A DNA stretch of 64,000 nt from Octopus sinensis. Lineage: Eukaryota. The translations under genes were made by a program, and so were the position numbers. Each line of letters starts with the position of its first letter. Position 1 is the stretch's first letter. Under the pieces are notes generated by a model. That model was not told the DNA's origin, searched no databases, and worked only from the letters and a program-made list of their open reading frames with translations. Location: positions 84,382,001-84,446,000 of the forward strand of contig NC_042998.1 in NCBI RefSeq assembly GCF_006345805.1. The letters run 5' to 3'. Shown here piece by piece: positions 26,013 to 38,769 of the stretch.

Positions 26013-26659
26013 CAGAGTTTTTATTCCAGTTTGGAAGGGATGTCTTCCCTATCACGTGCATTGCAAACATATTACTGCTTACCGTTGCATTTCCAATCAC
26101 AAGTTGTGAAAGGTCATTTTTCAAAGCTTAAATAAAAACATTGAATGTTTTAAAAGAAGGTAGAGTGTGATTCGCGGGATCTCACATTGACGACTTTTGT
26201 TGGTTGTAACAGTAAAGAGCAATTAGGTAGAATGGGTCCTGGTCCAAGCGTTGCACTTATTGGTAGTGTAGTAGGTCCCTATAGAATGTTGGAGACTAGC
26301 GAGGTTATTGAACACTGCAGTTACTTTTATATAACACGGGTGACATCGCTCGAGAGTGTGATACCCGAGGTAGCCCTTGTGTTTTCTATCTCCTTCTTTT
26401 CGAGCACCCTCAAAAAATGCAACATACGACCCAACAAAATACATCTCAAACGTGCCCCCCACCCCAGTAAAAACATCAGAGGAGGAAGACCACCCCTCCC
26501 TAACTACGCTACTGTACGTTGTTTTATGTTCATTGTATTTAATTGTTACCTAAGTACGATACTAAAAACCAAGAAGTACTAAAAATATGAAAGGTAAAAT
26601 ATGCAATAATGTTACAGTATATACATAAAAGTGGAACACAATATACAACAAAATATAAT

Positions 26660-26732
<73 letters not shown>
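26660..26732. repeat. (CT)n microsatellite
   Basis: Direct reading. Confidence 0.95.
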
Positions 26733-26735
<3 letters not shown>

Positions 26736-27394
26736 AGCCCTAGTTAGTTCAACTATTTATGATATAGAGAACTTCAATGAGAGCGATGACTTATAACATT
26801 CTCAATGTCGGGGAAGCACTTAGAGATCGTAAAAAGAAGAGTTTTGCCAGGTTCGTTTTTTTTTCGTTTTTCTTTAACCGATTGAAACAACATAGAGTTA
26901 CTTCTGGCGCTGCTTCTACTGGCTTATTTTTAGTAGACATATATTCTGACTGATATGACCTCCCTGTTGAGCAAGAGTTTGTTCTTAACAGCCATCAGAG
27001 ATTTGCTTATCTTGACAGTCTTCGTCACTAAGTTGGATTATTTACTTCGAGATTCTCTCAGCTGTTTGAATCCCATGAAGATTAAACATTAGGAAGTAAT
27101 ATTACTGAATCTTTAAGGGAAGTTTTATCTGGATTGGATTATATATTTAATTTCAACTGGCAGATGTCCAGTTCAGTCATATTTGATAATAACGTTTTCT
27201 TCATAGGAATTTACTTTCATAAGAATTTCCTGTTTCAAAGAGTAATTCTTCCTGAGCCCTCTGTTTTTTTTTTATACATTGATCAAACTGACGTGTCTCA
27301 GTTACTGATTATTTCTTATCCCATATTTCAAAATGTAGCCCAGTCTGGTCGTTTGCAAATCTCATAGCTTGTATCAGATATCCACCAACCTTCA

Positions 27395-28085
27395 CTCCTG
27401 TCACTTCTTCCCTCACCTCTCTCGTCATTTGCAGACCACCAGGCAACAACAACAAAAACAGAAGGCTTGTAAGCCACTATAAGTCTAGTGAAGGATACAA
27501 GATGAGAATAAACTAGAAAACCAAAGTATTGAAAATTAGAAAGAGCAGAGATGAGAATCTGCAAATCAACATCACTGGAAATCAATCAGAGTAGATTAAG
27601 CAATTTAAATAACTTGGAAGCGTACTAAGAGAGGATGGAAGAAACGAGAAGGAAATCAGATCAAGAATTGCCTTGGCCAAATACGAGTTCAAGAAACAAA
27701 GCAAAAAAGAAAAATAAACTGCTCATGAAAGGCCTGAAGCATTACCTGAAAAAGCTGGCAAAAACTGTAGCATGGAATGTGCACCACTATGACTCAGAAA
27801 CATGGACCTTCAAAAATGTTGATGCTAGGAAATTGGAAAGTTGTGAAATGATGGATGGACCATGTGAGCAATGAAAAAGTGCATAGGAGAGTTGGAGAGA
27901 AGTGATGTTTAATGGATACCATCTGGAGAAGAAACATGAGATGGATAGGACATATTTTGAGATCAGAGGGATTTATGCACACAGTGCTAGAGGATAGAAT
28001 ACAGGGAGAGGACTGAGAAGGAGGAGAGCAATAACGATGGATGATATTAGGCAGAGTAAGTTATACTACTCAATGAAATGGACAG
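27395..28085 (+). mobile_element. RTE-clade LINE RT C-terminal fragment, decayed
   Basis: FADHQA, YKMRIN, KQFK*LGSVLREDGRNEKEIRSRIALAK, YDSETWT across shifted frames. Confidence 0.7.
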
Positions 28086-28139
28086 CACAGATTAGAAAGT
28101 GCTGGAAAAGGTTCACAGGATCTATCTGATCTATCTTCA

Positions 28140-28350
28140 TGGGTACACTTTGAACCCATGCCAGTGCTGGTAGCATATAAAAAGCACCCAGCATACTCTA
28201 TTAAGTGGTTGGCAATAGGAAGGGTATCCAGCCATAGAAACCATGCCACAGCAGAGAGTTGGAGTTTGGACAGCTCCCTGCTAGCCACCTCCATGTCAAG
28301 CCATCCAACCCATGCCAGCATGGAAAGCAGATGTTAAATGATGATGCTCA
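28140..28350 (+). mobile_element. CAT/ATG-tailed RTE module (first copy after the core)
   Basis: ccaacccatgccagcatggaaagcagatgttaaatgatgatg; near-duplicate at 35500-35680. Confidence 0.75.
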
Positions 28351-28611
28351 GGTACCTCAGTATATATCTGGCGGTGGTCCAATCTGATTTTGTAATGCAA
28401 CTTTATTTTCATAAATAAATGTTGAAGTTGTTTGGTGTATTCTAAATGTCATTCAGCCATTTTCACATGCTGATTGTGAAAAGCTTCTTTCTTTGAGGGA
28501 AATTCTTCCTGATATGTCTTCTGAGATTTGTATTTGCCAGGTGATGTAAGTATGAAATCCTTTATTGGTTGCATACTAATAAAGACAGAATCATTAGAGC
28601 ACCAAAGGCGG

Positions 28612-28790
28612 CAAGCTGGCAGAATCGTTAGCATACTGGGTGAAATGCTTAGCAGTATTTCATCTGTCTTTACTTTCTGAGTTCTAATTCCACCAAGGTC
28701 GACTTTGCCTTTCATAAATCAAGTATCAGTTGCACACTGGAGTCAATCTAATCAACTGGCCCCCTCCCCCAAAATTTCGGGCCTTATGCC
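28612..28790 (+). mobile_element. tRNA-derived SINE (family C) with ggccttgtgcc-type tail
   Basis: Head ggcggcaagctggcagaatcgttagc, core gtcgactttgcctttcat, tail ccccaaaatttcgggccttatgcc. Confidence 0.75.
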
Positions 28791-28984
28791 TAGGGCATCA
28801 GACAAGTCGCTTTGCAGTATTTGTTTTAGCTCATGATGTCCAGAGTTTCAAATCCTGCTGAAGTCAACTTTGCCTTTCATCCTTTTGGGGTTGATAAAAT
28901 AAAGTACCAGTCAAATACTGAATTCAATGTAATCTACTCACTCCTCTCTCGAAATTGCTAGTCTTGTACCAAAATTATTATCAT

Positions 28985-29400
28985 CATCATCCATGCCGGT
29001 GGCATGTAAAAAGCACCATTTAAGTGTGATCATTACCAGTGTCACCTTACTGGCACTTGTGCCGGTGGCACGTGAAAAAGCATTCAAGCAAGGTCATTGC
29101 CAGTGCTGCTGGACTGACACCCGTGCAAGTGGCACATAAAAAATACCATTTGAGCATGGCCGTTGCCAGCACTGCCTGACTGGCCCTCGTGCCGGTGGCA
29201 TGTTAAAGCACCCACTACACTCACAGAGTGGTTGGTGTTAAGAAGGGAATCCAGCTGTAGAACTCTGCCAGATCAGATTGGAGCCTGGTGCAGCCATCTG
29301 GTTCGCCAGTCCTCAGTCAAATCATCCTACCCATGCCCGCATGGAAAGCGGATGTTAAACGATGATGATGATGATCATCATCATCATCATCATCATCATG
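28985..29400 (+). mobile_element. RTE 3' UTR with ~55-60-bp tandem units and CAT tail
   Basis: Repeated ggtggcatgtaaaaagcaccat units, then the terminal module and (GAT)n(CAT)n. Confidence 0.75.
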
Positions 29401-29554
29401 GAAGTTTATTTGTTTAATTGTAATTGCTGCTTTTCTTTACACATTTTTAGACCTGTTTGTACCATCCTGTTATGTCCTTCTATGTTGTTCTATGTAAGTC
29501 CTTGTAGCCAATAAAAGAATTATTATCATTATTATTATTATTATTATCATTATT

Positions 29555-29595
<41 letters not shown>

Positions 29596-29615
29596 TATCA
29601 TTATTATTATTACTA

Positions 29616-29668
<53 letters not shown>

Positions 29669-29964
29669 TATCATTATTTTTATTATGAAAGTGTAAGTAT
29701 GTGTGTAATGGAAAACACATTACTTTATTCTTTGCCAAAATCCAAATGATTTATTTACAAAAATTCTTTTAGTCACATTCCAGAAACTGAAACAAAATGA
29801 TTACATATGGTAGTAATGTCTAATACAATACACAAATATCATAAATACTTTTATATTTGTGGACATAACACCAACTAAACTTTCAACGGCCATTTTATGT
29901 ACTTACATTGAAAGATTACCCATAGTTCATGATTCAATTTATGTCTTATACTGTCTATTTACAG

Positions 29965-29970
29965 CTGTCT
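29965..29970 (+). other. Candidate 6-nt microexon
   Basis: tatactgtctatttacag|CTGTCT|gtaagt in unique sequence. Confidence 0.2.
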
Positions 29971-30699
29971 GTAAGTACATTCATAAATCATGAGTTAACA
30001 GAAACGTTGTTTGTTTGTAAAGATATTTTTATTTACAAGTATTGTTATTATTTCTGTTAACTCAGCTTGTTCGAAATTCTTCAAACTAATAAAGCCAGCA
30101 GTTAACTAATGTTTGTCTTGTCACATACAGAGAAGAGAAAGAAAAACATCCCAGCTTCCTGTTTGTTACTAAACAGTATTATTGTCTGTCTACGCTACTT
30201 AATTCTAACAAGGAAACAGAACAATTCTTATGACTTATTTGTTCTAATTGAATGCAGTGTCAATCTCGCCTTCAATTTCAGTGTTTATTTCATTGAATCA
30301 GTCACACTGTTATACTGACTTGGGTGGAGTAGGTTGTGTAATGCAAAGTCACTGTAAACACATGTTTTGTGTGTGTGTGTGTTACTACAGCATGACACGT
30401 GAGATTGTTATATTATATGTGTATGATGCCAATACTTGTGTACATGTATCATTGTGTGTGAGTGTGTGTATGCATGTATAGATAAATAAACATATATGTA
30501 TATATGTATGTATGTATGTCTGAGTATGATTTTAAAGTGCATCCAGTAGCAGGAATTTGGTTCAGGAGTTCCAGCATTTTGAGGAGTGTGGAACCACTCC
30601 TCAGCTACTTTTGTTCCCATGTCTTCTCTGATCCTGAGTAGCAGCATCTGTCAGGGTCCCAGCTTTGGATTAACTAGCATTAATGTGATTGATACAGGG

Positions 30700-31050
30700 C
30701 TGCCTGTCTGGCTCCTGGCTCCTATGCTGCTGGCATGTAAAAAGCACCATCCAAATGTGGCCGATGCCAGTGCCCCTAACTGGCTCCCATGCCAGTGGCA
30801 TGTAAAAAACACTATCTAAATGTGATTGATGCCAGGCCTGTCAGACTAGCTCCTGTGCCAGTGGCACATAAAAAGCACCCACTACACTCTCGGAGTGGTT
30901 GGCGTTAGGAAGGGCATCAAGTTGTAGAAACATTGCCAGATCAGATTGGAGCCTGGTGCAACTGCTGGCTTTCCAGACCTCAGTCAAACCATCCAACCCA
31001 TGCCAGCATGGAAAACGGACGTAAATCGATGATAATGAGGATGATGATGT
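30700..31050 (+). mobile_element. RTE 3' UTR VNTR plus CAT tail
   Basis: Three aaaaagcac units then ...catgccagcatggaaaacggacgtaaatcgatgataatg. Confidence 0.75.
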
Positions 31051-31559
31051 GACGACAATCCATCTGAGTGTGGGGACACAGAAATACCCTTTGCTGGTGT
31101 CATGGCATACAGTAAAAAAAACTGGGAGTGAGGAACCCCTTGCTGTTACCATGGGTTAGGAACACTTTGATGTAAAACTTAGTTTCATGTGATTACTGTT
31201 CACCTCATTGCAGCGTGTCATTAATTGCTAATCATGGAAATTCAGTTGGCACTCATGTTGTACAAGCATTTATCACTCTAATCCAGTGACCTCATTTGTC
31301 ATTCTATTTACTGAAAGTTCTATAGCAATGAAAAAGTGGTGATGTATGCTGACTTAATCAGTTGGAAGTGCACAATAAGTTACAACTTTCAACTGTCACC
31401 TATGCTTCAATGGAACTGGTTTGTCATCTGAAAGGTCATGGACAGAAAGGCAGAAATGTCATTGGCAATGAGGAAGCACAAGGAGATATAGGATGAGATG
31501 GGTAAATTGTCAACATTTTATAGTTTTAACTTCATGTATGTGCATTTGTTTGTTTTTGA

Positions 31560-32195
31560 TTTTGTTGACTACACAGTATAGTAGGGTCACTTGTTCGCCA
31601 TCTGCGAGAAAAACAGCACCATGATGCAATTCACTCTGCAAGAAATTTGGAAACAACATGCTGTACTTCTTGGCATTTGCATCAGAAGCTCCAATATGAA
31701 CATTTCAGAGTGTTTGAGTGTCAATCTAAGGATATGTACTGAGAGTGATAAAAATCAAACATCCAGTCAACATCATGGTGTTTGGAGCGATCACTAGTGA
31801 TGGCAACATTATGCTTCCATTCCTCTTCCCACACGGCCTCAGAATCAACATGGAGGCCTACATCAAATGCCTGGAGGAGGTAATGCTGCCCTGGGTCAAG
31901 AGGGTGGCTGCTGGAAGATCCTATGTCTTGAAACAGGACTCTGCACCATGCCATACAAGCAGGAAAACCCAGTCATTGTTGTCAGACAACTTCTGCGACC
32001 ACATCACCTCTAACATCAGGCCAGAAGAGGTGCAAGAGATTCCAAAGTTGTCTGGAGGCCATGGTTGAAGCCAATGGCGATTTTATTGAATAAATTTATT
32101 CTTTAGTATTTCAAGATATTTTAATGTAATTTTGGTAAATATCTGTCAAAATGAGATGCGTAATTTAGACAAAAATTCATTCACCACGCCCTATA
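31560..32195 (+). mobile_element. Tc1/mariner (maT-like) transposase fragment, internally deleted
   Basis: KHPVNIMVFGAITSDGNIMLPFLFPHGLRINMEAYIKCLEEVMLPWVKRVAAGRSYVLKQDSAPCHTSRKTQ. Confidence 0.75.
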
Positions 32196-32211
32196 TATGT
32201 ATACATCTATC

Positions 32212-32293
<82 letters not shown>

Positions 32294-32364
32294 TTCTGTC
32301 TGTCTGTCTGTCTCTCTCCTTCCCTCCATCTCTCTCCATATATATTATAAATTTTATATATACA

Positions 32365-32592
32365 CAGGGTGAGTCAAAAGTAGTGCCCAGTTTCTGGGAA
32401 GTCATGCCTTTCTTTGTTGTTTTACAGGTTATTACAGACAGTTTTGAAAGATACTAAATCTGGATCATGTACCATGTTGTTGATACTCTTTGATATCCCA
32501 ACCTGTCAAACAAAAATTAGGAACAAGAATATTTGGAAGTCATACATATCAACCCTAAAACAGAAATTGGGTGCTACTTTTAACTCACCCTG
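32365..32592. mobile_element. Tc1-type MITE
   Basis: TIRs cagggtgagtcaaaagtag / ctacttttaactcaccctg in a TA context. Confidence 0.75.
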
Positions 32593-32706
32593 TATGTATG
32601 TAGGTATGTATATATATATATATAATAAATATATATATTATATATAATAAATATATATAATGCATATATATGCATATATAATACATATATATGATAAATA
32701 TATATA

Positions 32707-32756
<50 letters not shown>

Positions 32757-32778
32757 CATACATATATATGTATATATA

Positions 32779-32850
32779 CAGGGATGACCATAAGTTCCTT
32801 TACCCATTTCTAATAATAATGAGATGTAAAACGACTTATGGCCATCTCTG
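32779..32850. mobile_element. 72-bp Tc1-type mini-MITE
   Basis: cagggatgaccataagt ... acttatggccatctctg, TA flanks. Confidence 0.65.
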
Positions 32851-32999
32851 TATATATATATATGCATGCATATTTTATATATATATATACATATATACAT
32901 ATTTTTTTATATATATATGCATATTATATATATATATATGTGTGTGTGTATGTGTATTATAGAGTGTAAACATCTCGAGAGAAAACTTAGGCATAAGAA

Positions 33000-33530
33000 G
33001 AATCAGATGTGGTGTGCAAGAGAGACGACTGCACTGGTGATGTCATTTGATGCATATGGACGAGGACAGCTGTGTAAAGAAGTGCCAATCTCTAACTGTG
33101 GAGGGAACCTGTGGTAGCGGTAGACCCAGGAAGACATGGGATGAGGTAGTGAAGCATGACCTTCGAACTTTGAACCTCACAGACAATGACCAGTGACCAA
33201 GACCTTTAGTGATATGCTCTGCTTAAGAGGACCTGTCAAGCCAAGTGAACCTGCACTGGTTGCACAAAAAAAGTCAACCTTTGAACATTGGGCTTCACAG
33301 AGTCAAAGTGGCTGAGTACGTTTCAAGCATTGGGCCTGATGGAGGCAATGTGGTTGAGTTCCTTTCAAACGATGGGCCTCATGGAGGCAAAGTGACTGAG
33401 TTTCTTTTGAGTGGGCCTCACAGAGGTGAGGTGGCCAAGTTCCTTTTGAGTGTTGGGCTTCATAGAGACAAAGTGGCTGAACTCCTTTGAATGTTGGGCC
33501 TTACGGAGGCAATGACCAAGACCTTTTATG
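33000..33530 (+). mobile_element. RTE ORF2 end plus ~40-bp tandem array
   Basis: RTE C-terminal sequence, then about six copies of tgggcctca.ggaggcaaagtggctgagttccttt. Confidence 0.65.
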
Positions 33531-34209
33531 GCAAAATATGCACCTAATTCAATAAAATTATGAAGGTTACTTTGATTACGATGCATAAAATGCAAGATAT
33601 TTTATTTTTTTGTAGATTAGGCAGGCTTAATTTGCTCCTGTTTTTAAATCTCAGTATTTAAGCTACACATAGAACTGCTGTAGTACACATGTTGCATACA
33701 GTTCTACAACACCGTTTTCTTTACGTGCTATAAAGGTAGAAGTAAATCTGCCTTCCACTCAGTCATGCACCTGTGTTTCACTTTTTGTGTGTTTTACTAG
33801 ATACAGGTCACCAACTGACTACCCTGAGTAATTATGGATGTCACATACCTTCCACCTACCTACCCATAATGGGTGTGATGGAGGTGATGACAAAAGACTG
33901 AGAATGTTTGCGATATGCTGTGCTGAGTAGACATGTTAAGCCAAGTGAAACCATAGTCATGGCCATTGCTGCTTAAGCCAAGCGAAATTGTAGTCATGAT
34001 TGTTGCCAATATCACGTAAATGGCACCTTTGAAATCCTAGTTTAAATGGCACATCTGCCGGTGGCATGTAAAAAGTACTCATTACATTCTTGGAATGGCT
34101 GGCGTTAGGAAGGGCATCAAGCAGTAGAAACCATGCCAAATCAGACTGGAACCTGGTGCAGTAAAACTGTCCAACCCATGCCAGTATGGAAGGCAGACAT
34201 TAAATGAGG

Positions 34210-34790
<581 letters not shown>

Positions 34791-35179
34791 TAATTTCATA
34801 AAATGCTGTCAACAAGCAGGCAAGTAGAAAAATTAAATTAACGAAGCAAAAAGAATTATTACTCCTGATTTATAAGAATGATTAATGATATGGAATATTA
34901 TAACTGACTTTGTATTTTAAACCTTCCATAAAATACATAACATTTGCATGTTCTGACTCATATTAAAAAATCAGACATCAACCCTGGCAAAAGATGTCAC
35001 TCAACCTGCTAGTTGTTGCAGCCAATTATCCCTCAAAGCACACACTATGGTATTAAAATTTGAAGGACAAGTTGGATAATGTTGTCCACGAAAAGGAAAA
35101 AAAAAAAGATTGGTGTGGTCATTAAGTGCTGACCCGTTGATAAACAACAACTGCAACAGCAAAAATATCATCTATAAGA

Positions 35180-35700
35180 ATCATCAGATGTTGTGTGCAC
35201 TGGTTTGGTCATGTGATGAGTATGGATGAGCACAGCTGTGTAAAGAAGTGCTGATCTCTAATTGTGGTGGGTGCCTGTGGAAAGCGTAGACTCAGGAAGA
35301 TGTGGGGTGAAGTGGTGAGAAAGGATTTTCGGATGCTGGGCCTCACTGAATAAATGACAAGGGATTGGGAGATGCGGTGATTTGCTGTACTGGATAAAAC
35401 CCGTCAAGCTAAGTAAAATCGCTGTCTTCCACATATACAGACTTGTCCTTACAGATGCCGGTACCACTTAAAAAAGACCGGTGCCAATGCTGCACTAATG
35501 CACCCATGCCAGTGCTAGTAGCATGTAAAAAGCACCCAGCATACTCTACTAAGTGGTTGGCATTGGGAAGGGTATCCAGCCATAGAAACCATGCCACAGC
35601 AGACAGTTGGAGTTTGGACAGCTCCTTGCTAGCTGTCCAAGCCATGCCCCCATGGAAAGCAGATGTTAAATGATGATGCTGATCATCACTGTCATCATCA
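35180..35700 (+). mobile_element. RTE ORF2 end, UTR and CAT tail
   Basis: tggtttggtcatgtgatg..atggatgag.acagctgtgtaaagaagtg..., then the terminal module. Confidence 0.7.
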
Positions 35701-36127
35701 CTACTGCCACCACCCCATCTCCATCATCATCATAATTATATTTATCTTTATCAGGCTTCATTGATAATTGGTTTCCACTGAACCCTGTTTTCCATTGCTG
35801 AAGGTTTTGTAGTTTTGGGTTACTTATCAGCTTGTGTCTCAAGCATGGCTGAAAACAGGTTCATCTGTGACTAAGGGACATTAGTGTGTTGGTAATTGAG
35901 TGTTGCCAATGAGTTGGACAGATTTCTTTTGGATGTGGTCAAAGATGTTTGTATGTAAAACTGCTGCGCCTTTGCACATAACCAAGCAATAAATTTTCCT
36001 GGGAACAAGGCCACAAACAATAGATGAAGGGAGTATAGGTACCCCAGTATATATCTGGTATACATTTTCTCAACACAGACAATGTCTTCATATTCTGATA
36101 GATAAAGATCTGTTTTTGTCCTTGGTG

Positions 36128-36283
36128 CTACAACTGCAATTTGGGGAGGCATCTCGAGATGTATGAGTTTAGGAGTAGTGGTGGTGGTGGTAAAAGTGAC
36201 ATATCTCTGCCTCTTGAAATGGAAGCATAAATGGAAGCCTCTACTATTTGACAAATTTCCTTGCTTGGACGAAAGTTGAAAAG
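36128..36283 (-). CDS. Candidate second coding exon of an orphan 113-aa ORF (LFNFRPSKEICQIVEASIYASISRGRDMSLLPPPP...LQL*)
   Basis: Acceptor tttattcttccatag|; phase-0 join to 36927-37112 stays open for 51 codons; the phase-1 frame is also open to 35871. Confidence 0.3.
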   Translation of the reverse strand, partial: LFNFRPSKEICQIVEASIYASISRGRDMSLLPPPPLLLNSYISRCLPKLQL

Positions 36284-36384
36284 CTATGGAAGAATAAAGG
36301 CTTTGCAATCAAAATAATCAAGATTTTATTGATGGAGTGTGGCAATAAAATCTGTACCAATAACCGGGGCTAATACAGTTTCAC

Positions 36385-36525
36385 ACCTCTCCTTGAAAAA
36401 TGCATTTTTTGAAAAAATCTTTATGGATTCCTACATTTAAGATGTTGGAGATTACAAATATGCAAAAAGAAAATGTAGGAATCCGAAAAAATGTTTTCAA
36501 AAAACTGCATTTTTCAAGGAGAGGT
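36385..36525. mobile_element. 140-bp MITE
   Basis: TIRs acctctccttgaaaaatgca / tgcatttttcaaggagaggt; half copy at ~34280-34336. Confidence 0.7.
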
Positions 36526-36926
36526 TGCGAAACTACATTAGCCCCCAATAATCTTCAATGCATGGAATATGACAAAGAATAGTTGAGCACATTACCCCAC
36601 ACATCAGACAAGGCTTTCTTCTAATACCCTTTTGAGGACATATGCTAAACATTCCTTTTACTTTTTGAGAAGTAAAAGCAGTCACTTTTCTCCCTGCCCA
36701 TTCTTGAATAAATTCCTCAAGCAGGGAGACATGTTTTCAAAACATACTACTACCACAACACCATCTTTGACTGGATCCATTCCATCTCCAAAACCTACCT
36801 TCCTTCACCAATAATTCTTTCTATTATAGGTACAAAGCCTGAAATTTTGGGGGCGAGGGCTTGTTGATTACATTGGACCCCACCAATGTTCAACTGGTAC
36901 TTTTATCGACCCTGAAAGGATGATAC

Positions 36927-37112
36927 CTTCTCTAATAATGAAAGCAAACTTGTTCCATAGTTATTCACATCATCTGCATTATTTTCATTCAGCAAAACTG
37001 ATGAGTAAGTTTTTTTTTGATGTTGTTGTTGTTGTTGGGTGCTGTTACTGCTGGTTCCAAAAGCATTGTTAGTGTTGTTCATACTGTTGCTATTGTCTGC
37101 AAAAATTCTCAT
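36927..37112 (-). CDS. Candidate first coding exon (N/Q-rich, MRIFADNSNSMNNTNNAFGTSSNSTQQQQQ...LLSLLEK)
   Basis: Lies in exon 36927-37306 with a very strong acceptor (ttttttttcctttttatgtcttcctctgtttacag|), aaaATG start, donor AAG|gtatca in phase 0. Confidence 0.4.
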
Positions 37113-37639
37113 TTATTATTTTTCTTTTACTCTTGTCTTTGCGAAATATTTTTGTTCAAATTTTTTGGCTGTTTGTTTTCTGAGTAGCTGTCGTCATTTT
37201 CAAAATGCTTCTTTCTGGAAGTATTGTCTCTATGTCTCGTGGCTATTTTGATTAAGTGCAAATAATAAAACAAAACAAATAATATTCAAAAATGTCTCTT
37301 TTTCTCCTGTAAACAGAGGAAGACATAAAAAGGAAAAAAAACTCATTATTTTATGAAGCAGATCAGCAAGATAGGATAAAGAAAATAAACATTCAGTTGT
37401 TAGAAGAAGCAAAATATCAACAAACTGAATGTTTAAGTGGAAATGATGTATATATATAGACAACTAAATGCATCTTGCTAGACAAGCTCCAAAATAATGA
37501 AAATAATAACCCTTTCTACTATAGTCACAATGCCTGAAATTTGTTGGGGAGTAGGTTGACCCCAGTACTTGACTGGTACTTATTTCAACTCCAAAAGGAT
37601 GAAAGGCAAAATTGACCACAACAGAATTTGAACTCAGAA

Positions 37640-38400
37640 TCATCATCATCATCATCATCATCATTACTGACATGGGTTGAATGGTTTGACAAAAGCTGGC
37701 CAGCTGAAGAGCTGCCTGGGTGCCATGTCTGTTTTGACATGGTTTCTATGGTGGATGCCCATCCTAACACCAACCACTTTACAGAGTGTCCTGGGCACTT
37801 TTGCACAGCACAGACATGGCTGCGTTTACATGAAACCAGTATGGGTGCCTTTTATGTGACGCCAGCACCCACACAACCACAAGATCAGGAACACTCTGCC
37901 AAAGAGGGATGGGATGCAGAGGACATACCTGTATGCAAGGAAAACTATGTTTTTACTTAGCTTGACATGTTTCCTCAAGTATAGCAAACCTCCAAGAGTC
38001 TTGATTCTCTGTCATCCCCTCTATGAAGCCCAATGTCTGAAGATCCTTTCTCACTATGTCTTCCTGGGTCTACCATTTTAAATGTTCCCTCTACAATTAG
38101 ATATCAGCACCTCTTGATGCAAGTGTCTTCATTCATACACATTACATGATCATACCAGCACAGTCTTCTCTCTTGCACCCTATATCTGATGCCTCGTATA
38201 CCCAGTTTTTCTCTCAAATCACTTACACTCAGTCATATTTGCACAATGACATTATCCATCCAGCAGAGCACACTGGCTTCATTTCTTTCAAGCCTCCACA
38301 AGTCCTCTGCAGTCAGTGCCCATGTTTCACTGCCATGGAGCATAGCTGTACATAGACAGGCATCATACGATCTGCTTTTCACTCTGAAGGAGAAGCTCTT
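37640..38400 (-). mobile_element. RTE LINE 3' fragment with CAT tail
   Basis: KSRSYDACLCTAMLHGSETWALTAEDLWRLERNEASVLCWM. Confidence 0.8.
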
Positions 38401-38544
38401 CATTACCAACAAAAATAGTAGCTCAATGATAATAGTAACAATAATAATAATGATACTAATAATAATAATAGTAATAATAATAACAGTAATAATAATAATC
38501 ATAATAATAATAATAATAATAATAGTCATAATAATAATAATAAT

Positions 38545-38720
38545 AATCATCATCATCATCATCGTTTAGCGTCCGTTTTCCATGCTAGCATGGGTTGGAC
38601 GGGTCAACTGGGGTCTGTGAAGCTGGAAGGCTTCGTCAGGCCCAGTCAGATCTGGCAGTGTTTCTACGGCTGGATGCCCTTCCTAACGCCAACCACTCCG
38701 CGAGTGTAGTGGGTGTCTTT
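38545..38720 (-). mobile_element. Young CAT-tailed RTE module (CpGs intact)
   Basis: catcgtttagcgtccgttttccatgctagc...ccactccgcgagtgtagtggg. Confidence 0.8.
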
Positions 38721-38769
38721 TACGTGCCACCTGCACAATAATAATGATAATAATGATAATGATAATGAT

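Noticed and set aside
26187-26582. 131-aa ORF as a complete gene
   Set aside because: Starts at TTG, has no recognisable motif, and other frames look equally protein-like; kept only as part of a candidate exon region
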